Shown here: positions 51,020 through 64,000 of the stretch, in pieces
Position numbering within the stretch: the stretch's first letter is position 1
Layout of the letters: each line of letters begins with the position of its first letter
Assembly (NCBI GenBank): GCA_028534125.1
Contig: CM052816.1
Coordinates: 88,290,001 to 88,354,000 of the forward strand
DNA length: 64,000 bases
DNA from: Lama glama
Taxonomy: Eukaryota
Direction: 5' to 3'
Program-made: the position numbers and the translations under genes
Notes under the pieces: generated by a model
Seen by the model: only the letters and a program-made list of their open reading frames with translations
What the model was told of the DNA's origin: nothing
Database searches by the model: none

Positions 51020-51615
51020 GGACCAACAGGTACATGTAGAAGTGCTCACCATCACTAATCATCAGGTTATGCAAATCAAAAGCACAGTGAGATATCACCT
51101 CACACCTGTTAGGATGGTTATTACTAAAAAGACAAGAGACAAAAAGTGCTGGTGGGGTTGTGGAGAAAAGAGTACACTTGTGCACTGTTTGTGGAAATGT
51201 AAATCGGTACAACCATCATTGAAAATAGTAGAGAGTTTTCTCAAAAAAAATTAAAACTAAATAGCAAAACAAAGCCATATGATCCAGTAATTCCACTTCT
51301 AAGTATCTATCCAATGGTAATGAAATCAAGATCTTCAAGAATTATCTGCACTTCCATGTTCATTGCAGCATTAGTCACAATACCCAAAATAGGAAAATGT
51401 GGAAACAACCTAAGTGTCCACCTACAGATGAATAAAGAAGATGTTATAGATATATCTTAAATGTTCTCACCACAAAAAGGAAATGGTAATTATGTGAGGT
51501 GGTATAAATTAGCCTATTGTGGTAATCATTTCACAATATACAAATAGTACATCAAATCATATTATAAACCTTACCTTAATTGATGTAATATGCCAATTAA
51601 TAAAACTGAAAAAAA
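51020..51615 (+). mobile_element. L1 ORF2 end and 3' UTR (L1MA-like, internally deleted)
   Basis: ORF remnant [41 protein letters not shown]; cttaaatgttctcaccacaaaa 3' UTR. Confidence 0.9.
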
Positions 51616-52946
51616 GATTTTGGATTTGTTCACTAAAACTGAATAGCTATCTCATGAATATATGATTAAAAACATGGCCTTGAAATTGAAATAAATGTGT
51701 GAAGTATGGAAAATATATTTATAGTGTTAGGGAAAATAATTAAATCAACTCAGAAGATTCAGCACATATAACCAAACAGAACAAAACAATGTAAAATGAA
51801 TGTAGTAAACATTTAAAATGAGGCAAAATTAATATTGAATTTAATAAACTACTAAGAAAAATCATAATATCTTAAGACTTGTCTCCAGTAAAAAGGAAAC
51901 ATCTGAAACACAGAAATATAAGAAAGTAGGTAGCCAACATAATTACAATTCTTTCATTTTTAAAGGGTAATACAATACATTCTACTTAATGTAAATGTTT
52001 TAAAAATAGAGATAATTGAAAATTACTTAAAAAAATAAAAATTTTTAAACAAAAAAGGCCAATATCAATGGGAAAAATTTTGAAAGTGAAAAAGTAACTT
52101 TAAAAATGTCATCGGGGCCCAAGAGTCTCAGAGTACAGAGCTACAATTTATACATATGTATATATTCTTATATGATCTATATAGTAGTTTATGTACTTGC
52201 ATTCATATTTGATATATTATTGCATGCATTGTATATGTTTATGTATTTAAAGATTATAATTATTATACTATTATACACAATTATTTAGGCTGATGATGTT
52301 TTCCATCTTATTTAATAACCTAGAGCAAGTACCTAACCAACGTCTAATAAAACTAATGCAACAAAGGATATTTCAGATTAAAGATAATTAGAAATATATA
52401 TGGGAAACAAACAAAAAAAAACCTAGGATTTTAAATATACCTGTCTATGAAAAATGCTAAAATGTGATCAATTTAGCGTTTTTAGGAAGTGCAGGGTTTA
52501 TTAAATATTGGACAGCCTCTTATTATGATTCATTACATCTCATAATTCTGTTGAAACTTTGAAAGGACAGATGAAATAGATGATTTTTCTAGAAAAGTGA
52601 AAATTACCAAAACCCAGAAATTAAGGTTGGATTTAGTAAATGACTTTCAATGTCCTTATTATGTAGATTACTTGAGTCAGGACAGACTGGAAGATATCTT
52701 GCAAAACCTCAGTTTATGTGCTTGTGGGATGACAGAATGAATGAATGAATAAAATAATACATGAAAAATAAATAAGTCATTTAGTATGACTTGTGTAACA
52801 GAAAACATTTCTTTCAAATTAATACCCCTTAGACAAATGTATTTTAAATATTGTCATCTCAATTAATTGTACAATGTTTTTCACTTTTTTTCAAGCCCCT
52901 ACTGCCAGTCAACTTTTATTATTTGCTTCATACATTCATATAGATT

Positions 52947-53446
52947 NNNNNNNNNNNNNNNNNNNNNNNNNNNNNNNNNNNNNNNNNNNNNNNNNNNNNN
53001 NNNNNNNNNNNNNNNNNNNNNNNNNNNNNNNNNNNNNNNNNNNNNNNNNNNNNNNNNNNNNNNNNNNNNNNNNNNNNNNNNNNNNNNNNNNNNNNNNNNN
53101 NNNNNNNNNNNNNNNNNNNNNNNNNNNNNNNNNNNNNNNNNNNNNNNNNNNNNNNNNNNNNNNNNNNNNNNNNNNNNNNNNNNNNNNNNNNNNNNNNNNN
53201 NNNNNNNNNNNNNNNNNNNNNNNNNNNNNNNNNNNNNNNNNNNNNNNNNNNNNNNNNNNNNNNNNNNNNNNNNNNNNNNNNNNNNNNNNNNNNNNNNNNN
53301 NNNNNNNNNNNNNNNNNNNNNNNNNNNNNNNNNNNNNNNNNNNNNNNNNNNNNNNNNNNNNNNNNNNNNNNNNNNNNNNNNNNNNNNNNNNNNNNNNNNN
53401 NNNNNNNNNNNNNNNNNNNNNNNNNNNNNNNNNNNNNNNNNNNNNN
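52947..53446. other. 500-N gap
   Basis: Exactly 500 N. Confidence 0.99.
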
Positions 53447-53448
53447 TG

Positions 53449-53993
53449 GTTGTAAGATCTGTCAGGGGCTTCTCCGAACAATGTGATTCAGGACTTTGAC
53501 AAGGGCAGGATGTGAGACCTGTACACCTCCGGTATTGTGAGACGGGCTAGTTCCTGGGGCGGCTACTTTTGTTAGGGTAAACACATCAAGAGAGTATGTT
53601 TTATCTTGTAGAAATGCAGTTAAGCAAAGGGCCCTGCAGTGGGAGTCGGGGTTAAGGTGTCAATGGGGTCTAGGCAGGAAGAAAGCCCAGCCGCGGGGCC
53701 TTTACGACTCCAGGGAGTGGCAGCCGCTCTGCAAGCACTCCTTAGAGGGTAACATTCTTTCTTGACTTGTAAGGGCCAGGGTGACACTTCAATCTGGATT
53801 GTGTAAACTGTCACTAATACGTCATTCAATGTACAGCTCTTTGTCTCAAAAAAAAAGCTTATGCAACTGTGCTTTGACTTCTAATGGGAGGGAAAGTTAT
53901 CTGAGTTTTTTGAGATGCTCTTCACCCTCAAATTTGGCTTGAATACAATTTGTCACTTCTTTCTTAGATCGACTGATTGATTTTTCATTGACA
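53449..53993 (+). mobile_element. ERV1-type LTR (5' end at or in the gap)
   Basis: GC-rich block ending ctcaaatttggcttgaatacaa...gatttttcattgaCA. Confidence 0.6.
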
Positions 53994-55029
53994 AACTGTA
54001 GGGTTTAATCCTTGAGTAAAAACAGAATTTAACGTTGCATACCTGTAAGTTCCAACTTCCCTATTTCTCAGTGTGCTTCCTGAAGCTATCCTTCCATAAT
54101 GACAGCCTTCCTCTATGCTGTGAAATTTTGTACAGCCATTTCCCCTACAAACAAATGCAAACAAACAGTAGGTACAAGAAGAAAAATTCTGAAAGCCTAA
54201 GGCATTTCACTATTATCATTACCTTTACCTTATTTCTGCAATCCCACGATACCTGACTCAATCTCATAAGAGATTTGGTCCCTCTATTAAGGTCTTCTTG
54301 CTACATTCCAAGACTTTCCAATTTGATGTTGGTCTCAATGGCAGGGAGACCAGCTGAAGTTTATTGAGCTGCTCCCACACTAATCTTAACCACTCATATC
54401 TGCTGCTACACATTTTCCCTTTTCATCTCAAGTAACTGCTGGATAAATTGAAGCTTCTCTACTTCCAAGTCCTACAGTCCTTATTCCAATAAGTTAGTTC
54501 AACTTCTAAATTTGTCCTTCAGCTTTATTACAACTTCAAAGTTATTTATACCTCCTCTTTTTTATAAGCTACCAGATTTTCCCTTTCTTCAGTTGCTTAC
54601 TTATTTAATTTTTTCATCATTTGAATGACCCTCTTGCAAATGATCTAAGTTCATTTGACCATATTCCGCATCTAACTTGCCTCAGAAACGAAACAAAACA
54701 AAACAAAACAAAAACCACAACTCAGGAAGAACAAAATAGGACAAATCTGAACTACCAAAAATCCATGGATGGAAAATCCGCAGAGTGCTGCAGCACTGTC
54801 TGGTAGTTCCCTGGTTAAGTTATCCCCATTGGAGATCTAAGAGACTGTCTCGTCTGGGTGTATCACTAGATTCACAGGAGAAGTTTAAAAATTATTTTGA
54901 TAAAGTTTTAAAAGTCAATCAAAACAATGTAAACTGTATTAAATTTATATTTTCTCTGAATTAAAATTTTACATATGATCAAGAATTACTTACTGCAATG
55001 TTAATAAATTACCCTGAAATTTAATTGTT

Positions 55030-55722
55030 TTAAACAACAAATATTTATCTCACAGTTTCTAAAGGTCAGGAAAAATGGAATGGATTAAGTAGGTTTCTCT
55101 GACTCGAGGTTTGCGTGAGTCAAGTTTGCAGCGATGTTGTCAGCCCCAGCTGCATCCTCTGAAGTCTTTACTACTGCAAGTCTACTTGTGAGAGACAGTC
55201 ATGCAGCTGGGAGTTGGTGCTGGCTATCACCTAGGGTCCCTTCATTCCGTCCATGTGTCATCTTTCAGGCACTCTGTCCTCACGTGGTCTCTCTAACAAG
55301 ACGGACTGGGATTCCTTACAAGGTGGCTGGGCTCTGTGTGTGAGAGACAATAGAGACAGAAACAGAGACAGAGAGACGGAGAAAAAGGAGGAGGTGGACA
55401 ACAAGGTGGACAAGAAGGACAGGGACCAGCAGAAGAAGAGAAAAGGATGGGAAAGAAAGGAGGAGAATGGAGAGGGAAGGAAGGGACATAGGGAAGGGAA
55501 AGTGCATCAAGCACCAAGCCTAGGAGAAAGCAGAGAGGGCACTCAAGAATGAAGCCCTAGTTTTCTATAATCTTATCTCGGAAGTTACATTCCAATTTTT
55601 TTATGATATTTTATTCCTCGGAAGTAAGTCACACCATTCTGCCCACACTTAAGGGGAAGAGTATTAAGTTCGTAAAGTGAGGAATATCAAGAATCTGTGG
55701 GCGTGTGTTTAACATCACCACA
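55030..55722 (-). mobile_element. MaLR LTR (MLT1E/F-like) with purine-rich simple repeat
   Basis: tttaaacaacaaatatttatctcacagtttct...ctgcccacacttaaggggaagag. Confidence 0.7.
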
Positions 55723-55845
55723 GGTCATTAAAGCATTTAAATCAATTTTAGAACTTTAAAAAAATTTGTTTAAGGTGAACAGTGTTTTCAATTAAGCTGA
55801 ATAATTCCCCAGCTGTGGAGCAACACAGGAATGTAGTCCTGAGGC

Positions 55846-55847
<2 letters not shown>

Positions 55848-55888
<41 letters not shown>

Positions 55889-55891
55889 ACA
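55848..55891. repeat. (CA)n microsatellite
   Basis: Seen directly. Confidence 0.95.
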
Positions 55892-57019
55892 CTGCAAGAT
55901 CACACATAAGCAAATACATAATGTATAAAGTTTAGTCAGAAGGAAAATGCTTCACTTTTCAAAAAAGCTCATTCATTAAAAATAAAATTAACTTTGTGTT
56001 CATCTTAGCTGTAACCTTTAAGCAATCAATGGCCATATACTTGCTATAATTATTCTTTAAAATTAGAATTATTGAAAAGTTTTATGATCACTGATGGATG
56101 AAAGAAATAAATATTGAATTATGACCAGGAGAGATGATCTCAGGCAGTAAACAGAAGAATTTACTTCACTCTGCTGCTTCTGACACTATTGAAGTGGGGT
56201 CAATTTTAAATAAATTCATTATCTTTTAAATGTAATCACATATTACATTATAATGTTTTAGATAACATTTTAATATAAGTAACTCCAGGATGAAAAAATG
56301 AATTACATCACTTAAGAGACTACAATAATACAAGAACCCCAAATTGTAGATGTATGCATTTTTCTATATGTCACTTACAAGTTTTGCTTTTTATATTACT
56401 TTTTGTTGTGCTTTTTTTGTTTGTTGAACTAATAAAACTAATTCATATGGTTATGTATATGTAAATCTGGAAGATAAAACCACTCTTATTTAAGTAATCG
56501 TCATTTAATAGACTTTTTTTTCCACCAATGGCAGAATGGCAAGTGGATCAAGCCATTGGTTAATAGTTCTAGTAATTTTAATAATGCTTTAACAGTTATA
56601 ACGTAAGTGATACCCTGAGGCTTGAATAATGAGAAAATATTCCTTATGTAACAGATAATAAAACAATTTAGAAAAGTGAGAACTTACTACTTTTGAATCT
56701 GAACTTAAAAACATAATAAAGCAGAAACAGAGATTGTACACTGCGGAGGTATAGATGCTATACCTATGTCTCTTTAAACATATTTTAATATATTTGTTCT
56801 CCATTTCCTAAATTTCCCTTTTTAATTTAATTTAATTTAAAATTGTATTTTATATATTTTATTTTATTTTCTAGATCACATGCTTTTTAAAACCTTATTT
56901 CTCAATTTATTCCTTTCAGCAAAAGGCTTTTTTTATGAAACAGTATTAACCAGCCTAGCCTGAGTATCTTCACATTGCTATAATCTCGTTACTGTTTAGC
57001 TCCTTCTCTGTATTTCCCA

Positions 57020-57310
57020 GCTCCCCATTCTTGAAGCAGTCTAGTTCCTTGCCTTCCATCACATTCTACTTTTATATCTATCTCTCTGATGACTCATTTT
57101 CAGTCCCCTTTGCTAGCTCATCTTCCTACAAGTGCCAATTAATATTGAATTTCCTATGCAGTTTATCTTGTCTTCTTTTCTTCTTATGCCAATTCTCTCT
57201 CAAGGAAAATACATTCTCTCACACAGCTTTAAATCTCATTTATACTTAGAGACAGCAGAATGTACATCTCCAGACCAGTTCTATCTTCAGAGTTCCAAAC
57301 TTTATGTTAT
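57020..57310 (+). mobile_element. L2 fragment
   Basis: ctctctgatgactcattttcagtcccctttgctagctcatcttc...tacatctccagaccag. Confidence 0.55.
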
Positions 57311-57324
57311 CAGCTACACAATTC

Positions 57325-57754
57325 TGACTGGTTAATGGTTAAGGGAGCAGGGCGATGTCACAGGGGTTATCAGTATCAATCCTCAGCCTCCAGTAGGTCT
57401 AGGGGCTACAGTGCTCATGATCATCAAGTAGTTAACTTCCTCCATTTGGTGGGAGTTTTAGTATCCACAAAACAACTCAGGAAACATCAGACACTGTTAT
57501 GTAGGTACTTCAGGAAGGAACCAAAGACTCTGTGATTGTCATGTAGCTCATTTATTGTTTAAATTCTTACCAGTGCTCATGGTCCAACTTCTGTTTCTGT
57601 CACTACATCCTCTTAATCATTAATTCTTGAGTCAGGTTTTTGTGACTCAAGGGAGCCTGGAAGACTACAGCTTTTGTACAAATAAGAGGCAGATAGAGGA
57701 TAGGGGAGAATGGGTCTGACCCAGGAAGGCCCCACAGGGTCCTGCTTGGTTACA
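57325..57754 (-). mobile_element. ERV LTR (cetartiodactyl type)
   Basis: Reverse complement begins TGTAACCAAGCAGGACCCTGTGGGGCCTTCCTGGG. Confidence 0.65.
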
Positions 57755-58814
57755 TTACAGCTCTGTGACCAGACCCATACCGCTGAGATTATGCTTAACA
57801 TTGTGAACTCTTCATACTTCTCCTCATACCTCTGGTGGGGGTGGGGTGGGCAGAGAACGCTGACTCTTCCTTCCAGTTTTGCCAGCCTAGTGAATTTCTT
57901 CCAAATAAAATTCAATTACCACTTTTTCTGGGGTTTTAAGAGGGGGAAAAAGGTATCTCGAACAGAAAGTACATTTGAAACATACAAAGTGGGAAAAGCT
58001 GGAACAGCTGAGGCGTCCTTGTGACTGAGGGCATGTGGGAAGGTTCTGGGTTACTGAATTTCAAGACCACACTTCCCATAATACTACAACTGTTTATGGG
58101 AACATCGTCCCATAAACACACTCTGAGAGCTCCTGAGCATTCTTCATCTATGTCATCCTTCCATCTCTTATAAGGTCTTCTAAATGTTAGGTTCTCAATA
58201 AATATATTTTGAATTATTTAAATGCTGCATGAATATATAACCAATTGCATAACTGTAATTCCTGATCTGCATGCAGCTAAGGTTCCTCCTCAATCTTTCT
58301 ATATGTTTAAACTTAGGCAAATAATTTGGCAGTTACCACATTTTTCAAAATTCATCTGCTGTCACTTCAGCTGCCAGTGAATTCTCTCTCAAAGCCTTTT
58401 GAACATAAGTTATAAACATCATTAGTATCAATCTTCACATTTAAACTTTTTTTTGTAGAACCGTGGTTACCTCTAGCCAATTTTGTAGTCAGATTTATGT
58501 AGGCACAGAATAAATATTGATAAAGATTGAATGAATCCAGAAATAAATAAATGAATTCAATGACTTGAAAATGAATATCCATCTTTAATTTCAAAGTTCA
58601 GTTATCTTCCAAAATGTTAACTCTAACTCTTTCTATATTAGTGTAATTTATATTTAATATGAAGCAGAGAGGAGTTGAATCCCAAATGTGGAAGATAATT
58701 CAGTAGCTCATTATGTCTAATTTTAATTAGGTAAATCAACAAGAGTAACAAGAGCAGTTTCATATGGCACCAAAACAATAACGAAATATTTCAAGCATGT
58801 GTTTTTTTAGTGAT

Positions 58815-59040
58815 CATTTCTGTATCATTTACTATTTGCCAGACATTATTTTAAGCAACTAATAAATGTTAACTAATTTAATTGTTTTGACAGCCCTGTT
58901 ATTATTCTCATTTATTGATGAAGAAACTGAGACACAGATTGGCTAAATAACTTGTTCAAAGTCATCAGCTAAAACTAACGAAGGCCAGTTCCACTCCAAG
59001 TGATCTGTCTTTAGAGTTTACGATTTTAAACACTATACTA
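58815..59040 (-). mobile_element. MIR SINE
   Basis: tattattctcattt...gatgaagaaactgagacacaga...taaataacttgttcaaagtca core. Confidence 0.75.
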
Positions 59041-59109
59041 TGTGATGTTTGTTGCTTGTCAGCTGAGAAGTCCTTAAAGAAATGACACCACCTTAGCTTG
59101 AAGCACACC

Positions 59110-59250
59110 TAGCATTTAGATCTGGATTTTTTTAGAAAAGAACCTGGGTTCCTTGGAAAAATGGCTATTCTAAGAATGGGAAAAAAATTTATGCAGGATA
59201 AACTTGGAGCACTTTGTAGTGCCAGAAAATAAGGAAGTGCTCAAACTATT
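59110..59250 (+). mobile_element. L1MC-like 3' fragment
   Basis: gggttccttggaaaaatggct...gtagtgccagaaaataaggaagtgctcaaa. Confidence 0.6.
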
Positions 59251-62039
59251 TGAATTTAAGTATTATTCGAATGTCAGAAGGAGTACATTTAAAGTTAAAG
59301 AGTCTTTCTGTGTCTTTTGTTATTTCTGTTACGATTCTTCTTCACGTTTTCAATGATTTCAGGAAGGCATTACTATCACTGCTTCTTCGAGTACATAAAG
59401 CATTCTTATTTAAACTGCAAGTTGTACTCCATTATGAGAAGCTGAATTTTGAAAATTGCATCTAGTATGGGTGTCTCACACCTAGGCCAGGACCCTTAGT
59501 TTGGCAGTGGCAGCCGACAGACCATGTGGGAACTAAATAGATAAGATTCAACTACGTAATTTAGATATTTAAAGTAATGACATTTGTCTAGAACTAAAAT
59601 ACATTTAGAGATGGAATACATGTTGGAAATACTTTAATTAAAACTTCTACATTCATGCATTGAAAAGAAAATCGTCTTCTGAATAGTGTTACTAATAACT
59701 TTGTCTTGATCTACATATTCTGAGTAGAAAAATTCTAGACCATCTCTAGCAATAGCTTACAGAACAAGATTTACAAACCCCAATAAGCTATTCCTTATGT
59801 CAGTGTCATTTTAGAATAAACTGATGGCTGCTAAAACTTAATTTAGTTTGAGTCGCTTCTGATCATATTTATAGTTTTACAGACAGCCATGTTCAATTCA
59901 GTTATATTATATATTACAAGAAATATGCCAGGTTTAAAGTAAGAATTTATTTTAAATTCTCTGATATTCAGAATCTCTATCAAATTGTGCTAGGCTGGGG
60001 ATTTTAAACAGAGCCTTTTACTTCATAAAGCACTTGATCCCAATCGTAAATCTGTCGATATGAATCTCCACATTTTATTTTTGCATTTTCTAAAGCACAT
60101 CTGTCAGAGTAATTACAGACGTCTGCATGTAATCTGATATAAGATGAAAAACTGAAACTCCAAATGACACAATATTAACATACAGAAGAATGAATTGATT
60201 TTTATGTTATTCTCGAAGAGAAAGTCCATCTTTTACAAAATGAATTAAATTTACAAATAAATCTTGAAAGTGATGTTTTGGATTCTTTTACACAGTGGAC
60301 TTTCAGTTTCTGATGTTAATTAAGACCTAATTATTTGTTGAATAAATTTTAAGTGCTCAAATAATGAGAAAACTAGGGGACTCAGCAACTAGAAAGAGGA
60401 AAGGAAGGAACATTGTTATAATATCACATACATAATATGGCACTTATAACACCATAGGCATTAATGTATTTTGTCAACTACTTTCTTTGGGGATAGTAAA
60501 ACTTGGCATAAATTGGTTACTTACTGATTTACTTTTGCAATAATATTTTATTAATTCTGTTTAGCCCATTGGTAATGTAAAATTATTTAGAGTGACATTG
60601 ACTAAAATTGGTACAGTATTTCAGTTTGTAGGCTTTCACAGTATTTGTTTTGCCTTAATTTACTAAATACTCTCTTGGCTGACTTAAAACAATACAGCAA
60701 TTAAAGATATATAGGTAAGCGCCCATGAGGAAAGAGACAAGTGTATTTATATGCCATCTCTTTCTATTACTAGCATTGAAAAAAAAAAAGCAGACATTAT
60801 TTTTTTAATCAATTGTATTCTTTATAGTATAAATATAATATAGTGAATATTTACACCCTTAGAATTATCCACTGGAGTTACAGAGTGTTTATGATTGTTT
60901 TGTGAGTGTCAATTACATAGCTATCCCCCAAAACCAATTCAGAGCAAAAGAAAAAATATTTCATAGTTATATAATTTTTTTTGCTTTTATATGAATTAAT
61001 AGGTTCTAGAGTCTCCATAATCTGTATAGTTTACATTTTGTCAACCTAGTATTCAATTTATTTATGATACCAAGTCTGATAACTAATACATCCAAAATAT
61101 GATTTGAATTTAAATAATCTTAATGGAAAAAAACCCAAGTATTCTTTTTTATTATGGTCTCAATTTCTAATGTTGCCTCTGTGTTTAAACTAACCTGAGT
61201 GGCTGAATCTACCTGTTATACTGATATTTTGGAACATCAGTCTGTATCTTAACACAAAAGTGACACAAATTAGGCATGAAATTGATTGTTGCCTCATTCA
61301 AAAAGAAAAAAATCAGATTATTTTGAGTGTCCTAGAAGTTAAAAGCTAAAATCTGTCCCCAATTTACTGTGAAAAAAGAATGATAAGTAAACTAAAATCT
61401 AAGTCCATAATTTCAAAGCTAAAATGATTGACCCAAAGCAGGTGAGAATTCTCATTCCAAAGGAAAAGAGGAGAAACAAGGGGACTAGAAGCAGAGCGCT
61501 GGGCATTCCACTGCATTCTAAAAGTTCACCTAAATGTGAGTGAGCTTTCCAGAGAAGTCAGATAGCTAAGACATGATAAATAAAGTCCCAGAAAAATTAA
61601 AATCTGTAAGCAAAAATTACCTTCCTACCTGATACATTACACTCAGAAGCGTTTAGAGGAGTTCTTATGAACTTGTTTTAGACCTAAGAATGCTTTAAAG
61701 ATTTGATTGAAAGGGAGGAAACCGATACGGACTTTCTCTAATATAAAATTGCTGTATACCTGAAACTAACGTTGTAAATCAATGACATTTCAACATAAAA
61801 TACAATTTTAAAAAGTGCACATAAACACCTATTCTAGGTGCTATCCATTTCATGGATAATGTATCTCATTTATTATACAGTAAGAAAATACCTGCTTTAC
61901 ACATTTTAATTAAAAGATTTCAAGAGCCTGCACTTGGATATTTTGGTTTGTTTATTTCAGTTGCATTATAATTGAAGCCCACGTATTCATTTCTGAAACT
62001 GATGCAGTGCCGAGATATTAAAGTAGACTAGATGGCTTT

Positions 62040-62120
62040 TACATGTTGTGGTATAAACATGTAGGCTGTACATGAGAAACTGACACAATGTACTGACTAC
62101 ACTTTAATGAAAAATAAAAC
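62040..62120 (+). mobile_element. Short L1 3' tail
   Basis: gctgtacatgagaaactgacacaatgtactgactacactttaatgaaaaataaa. Confidence 0.55.
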
Positions 62121-62189
62121 AAGCATACGCTTTGAAACTAGATTTATTTGTGATCAAGCCCATTTTTTATCAATTTCTCAATCCTATAC

Positions 62190-62345
62190 CCCAGTTGATA
62201 AGCCTTTTTAAGAACTAGTTTTCTTATATGTATAATATGAAAAATACTAACTCATTATCAAGGTGGTGGGAAGAACAGAAATAATAAAATAATTTTTTGA
62301 AAACAGCACACTGCTAGACATATAATAGGTTCAAAAAAATCATTT
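62190..62345 (+). mobile_element. MIR remnant
   Basis: agttttcttatatgtataatatgaaaaatacta...gacatataataggttcaa. Confidence 0.4.
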
Positions 62346-64000
62346 AATTTTTACCACATGTAACAAATTACATTTCTCCTCTATAATTTGTTAGGTCTTA
62401 GCTCTCATGAACTGTTTATTCCAGATTGTAAGATACTATTATTTTCAATTAGAAGCACTGATTTAATAACAGATATACACAAGGAGAAAAGGAAAGCTTA
62501 AGAAATATTAAAAATGCAAACAATATTTCCCCTAGTTTGGGATAAACATTAAGTTCACACTTTAGTTTTTAGGTTTTCTTTGTTTTGAAATTAAAACAAA
62601 TAAAAACATATTTTATTGGACCGATTAACAAAAAGTATAATTTCTTATGTGGAGAAACTTCCCTCTTGCCCTTTTTATCCCAGAATGCAAGTCTACTGAA
62701 AACTTTATTTAACTATCAGCTAGATTTTCCCCGTCTCACATACGGATCTTCCGTACAGATAAACCTTGCCACGTAAGGTTTAGGAAATGTCAGCAGAAAC
62801 CCTTTCAAGAGAATGGCAGTGTCTTTCAAGACTGTTGTCCCTTAGGTCCAGTGACAGCCAAGCACTTTGACTTTGGCTCATCTAAACTTCCCTCGGACAG
62901 GATCACATGCCCCGGTAAATGTCTAGTACATTTTCCCGGACCTGTCCTCTCTGTGGTTGGATTTTTGTTACCACCCAATGAGATATGACAACCCTGGTGA
63001 CACCATACTACTACACTTAAAATTAAAACTGCTCACACTTAATGTGAGTGCATTCACTCTTTCACACACACTTCTTTAATGCACCTTTTTATATAAGATC
63101 CCTAAGGTCAAGGGTTGTCTATATAGCTTACTGCTTAATCTTTACAGCCAAAAGCAGAGGTTGGCCAACAGCAAAGAATCAATATATATGTGATGAATGA
63201 TTAAATATCACAGGACGGGAACTGTTTAAGGATGGAAACATGATTAAGGCATTTAGTGAATTGATGATGAGGGAGGAAATATTTCTACCTTCTAATTGTA
63301 TTCCTCCCTTCTGCCCCCACTGTTTTTTTTTCCTATAATTATAAGGGGTGATTTTTCATCCCTATTATACCACTTGCTTATACCAGAGTGACCTTAAAGC
63401 TTGGTCTAGCAGTTTTGCTCTAATGAAGAATTTACTGCATTATAGGAGAAGAGACAAAAATAGATATGTAGGAGAAATTAAATTAGTTTTAATTTATAAG
63501 TTAAATATGCATATAAGTTAATAGAACCTCATGGAGAAATAGATAAAAGAGGGTAGAGGAAGATACAAAATGTTTGCTTTCATGCCACCAAGAGAATTAA
63601 ATGAGTGAGACCCTGGAGTTAATCACATGGAGTAGAAGGGTTACCAGAGAATAAGCAGAACTTGATCAAATTTTGGTCACTTTCATAATGGCTGTCCCAT
63701 TTTATGGTCATGACACAATACAAAAGAATGACAAATTAAGTGAAATAAGTATCATATAGACATAGAAGTATATTTGGTCTAAGTACTTCACCTAGAAGAA
63801 TGTGGGGAGTAATTTGAGAGGAATTGATGAAGCAGACAAAACTTGAGATGATGAAGGAAGTATTTAAATCAAGTTGATAGACAGATAGATGATAGATAAG
63901 AGAGAAGGAAAGAAAACAGCTTCTTGATATACAGTGTAACGTTTCTCACTGGTTGGATCAAAAGTAGCGCCAACAGATCAAGTTCTTGCACAACTACTTT

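Noticed and set aside
50994..51254. 86-aa ORF
   Set aside because: L1 ORF2 C-terminal remnant.
52867..53499. Long ORFs of 181-210 aa in the ORF track
   Set aside because: Artefacts of the second N gap.
55253..55552. Charged 99-aa ORF and overlapping antisense ORFs
   Set aside because: Purine-rich simple sequence inside a MaLR LTR.
1..64000. CRISPR array or prokaryotic defence system
   Set aside because: The DNA is mammalian, with no repeat-spacer arrays or operon-like ORFs.

Overview
AT-rich, CpG-depleted mammalian genomic DNA. It is probably from a camelid, judged from a Vic-1-type tRNA-Ala SINE and cetartiodactyl-type L1 3' ends. There is no intact protein-coding gene, and there are two 500-N gaps. 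Much of the window is ordinary interspersed repeats: L1, L2, MIR, MaLR and ERV1 LTRs, MER3, MER47A, MER53 and a hAT-Charlie transposase fossil. The main result is that ~2.85-34.0 kb on the minus strand holds about 20 decayed exons, most with recognisable splice signals and often matching intron phases. Read by eye and repaired for frameshifts, they give cold-shock-like domain, RING, KEN/HEPN-like domain split by a CCCH zinc finger, RRM-like domain, helical segment, second KEN-like domain, and a long disordered tail. I know of no named human or mouse protein with this architecture. It looks like an unprocessed, probably unitary, pseudogene of an uncharacterised RNA-binding E3 ligase/ribonuclease-like gene. 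All domain and repeat-subfamily assignments come from manual motif recognition and need database confirmation.
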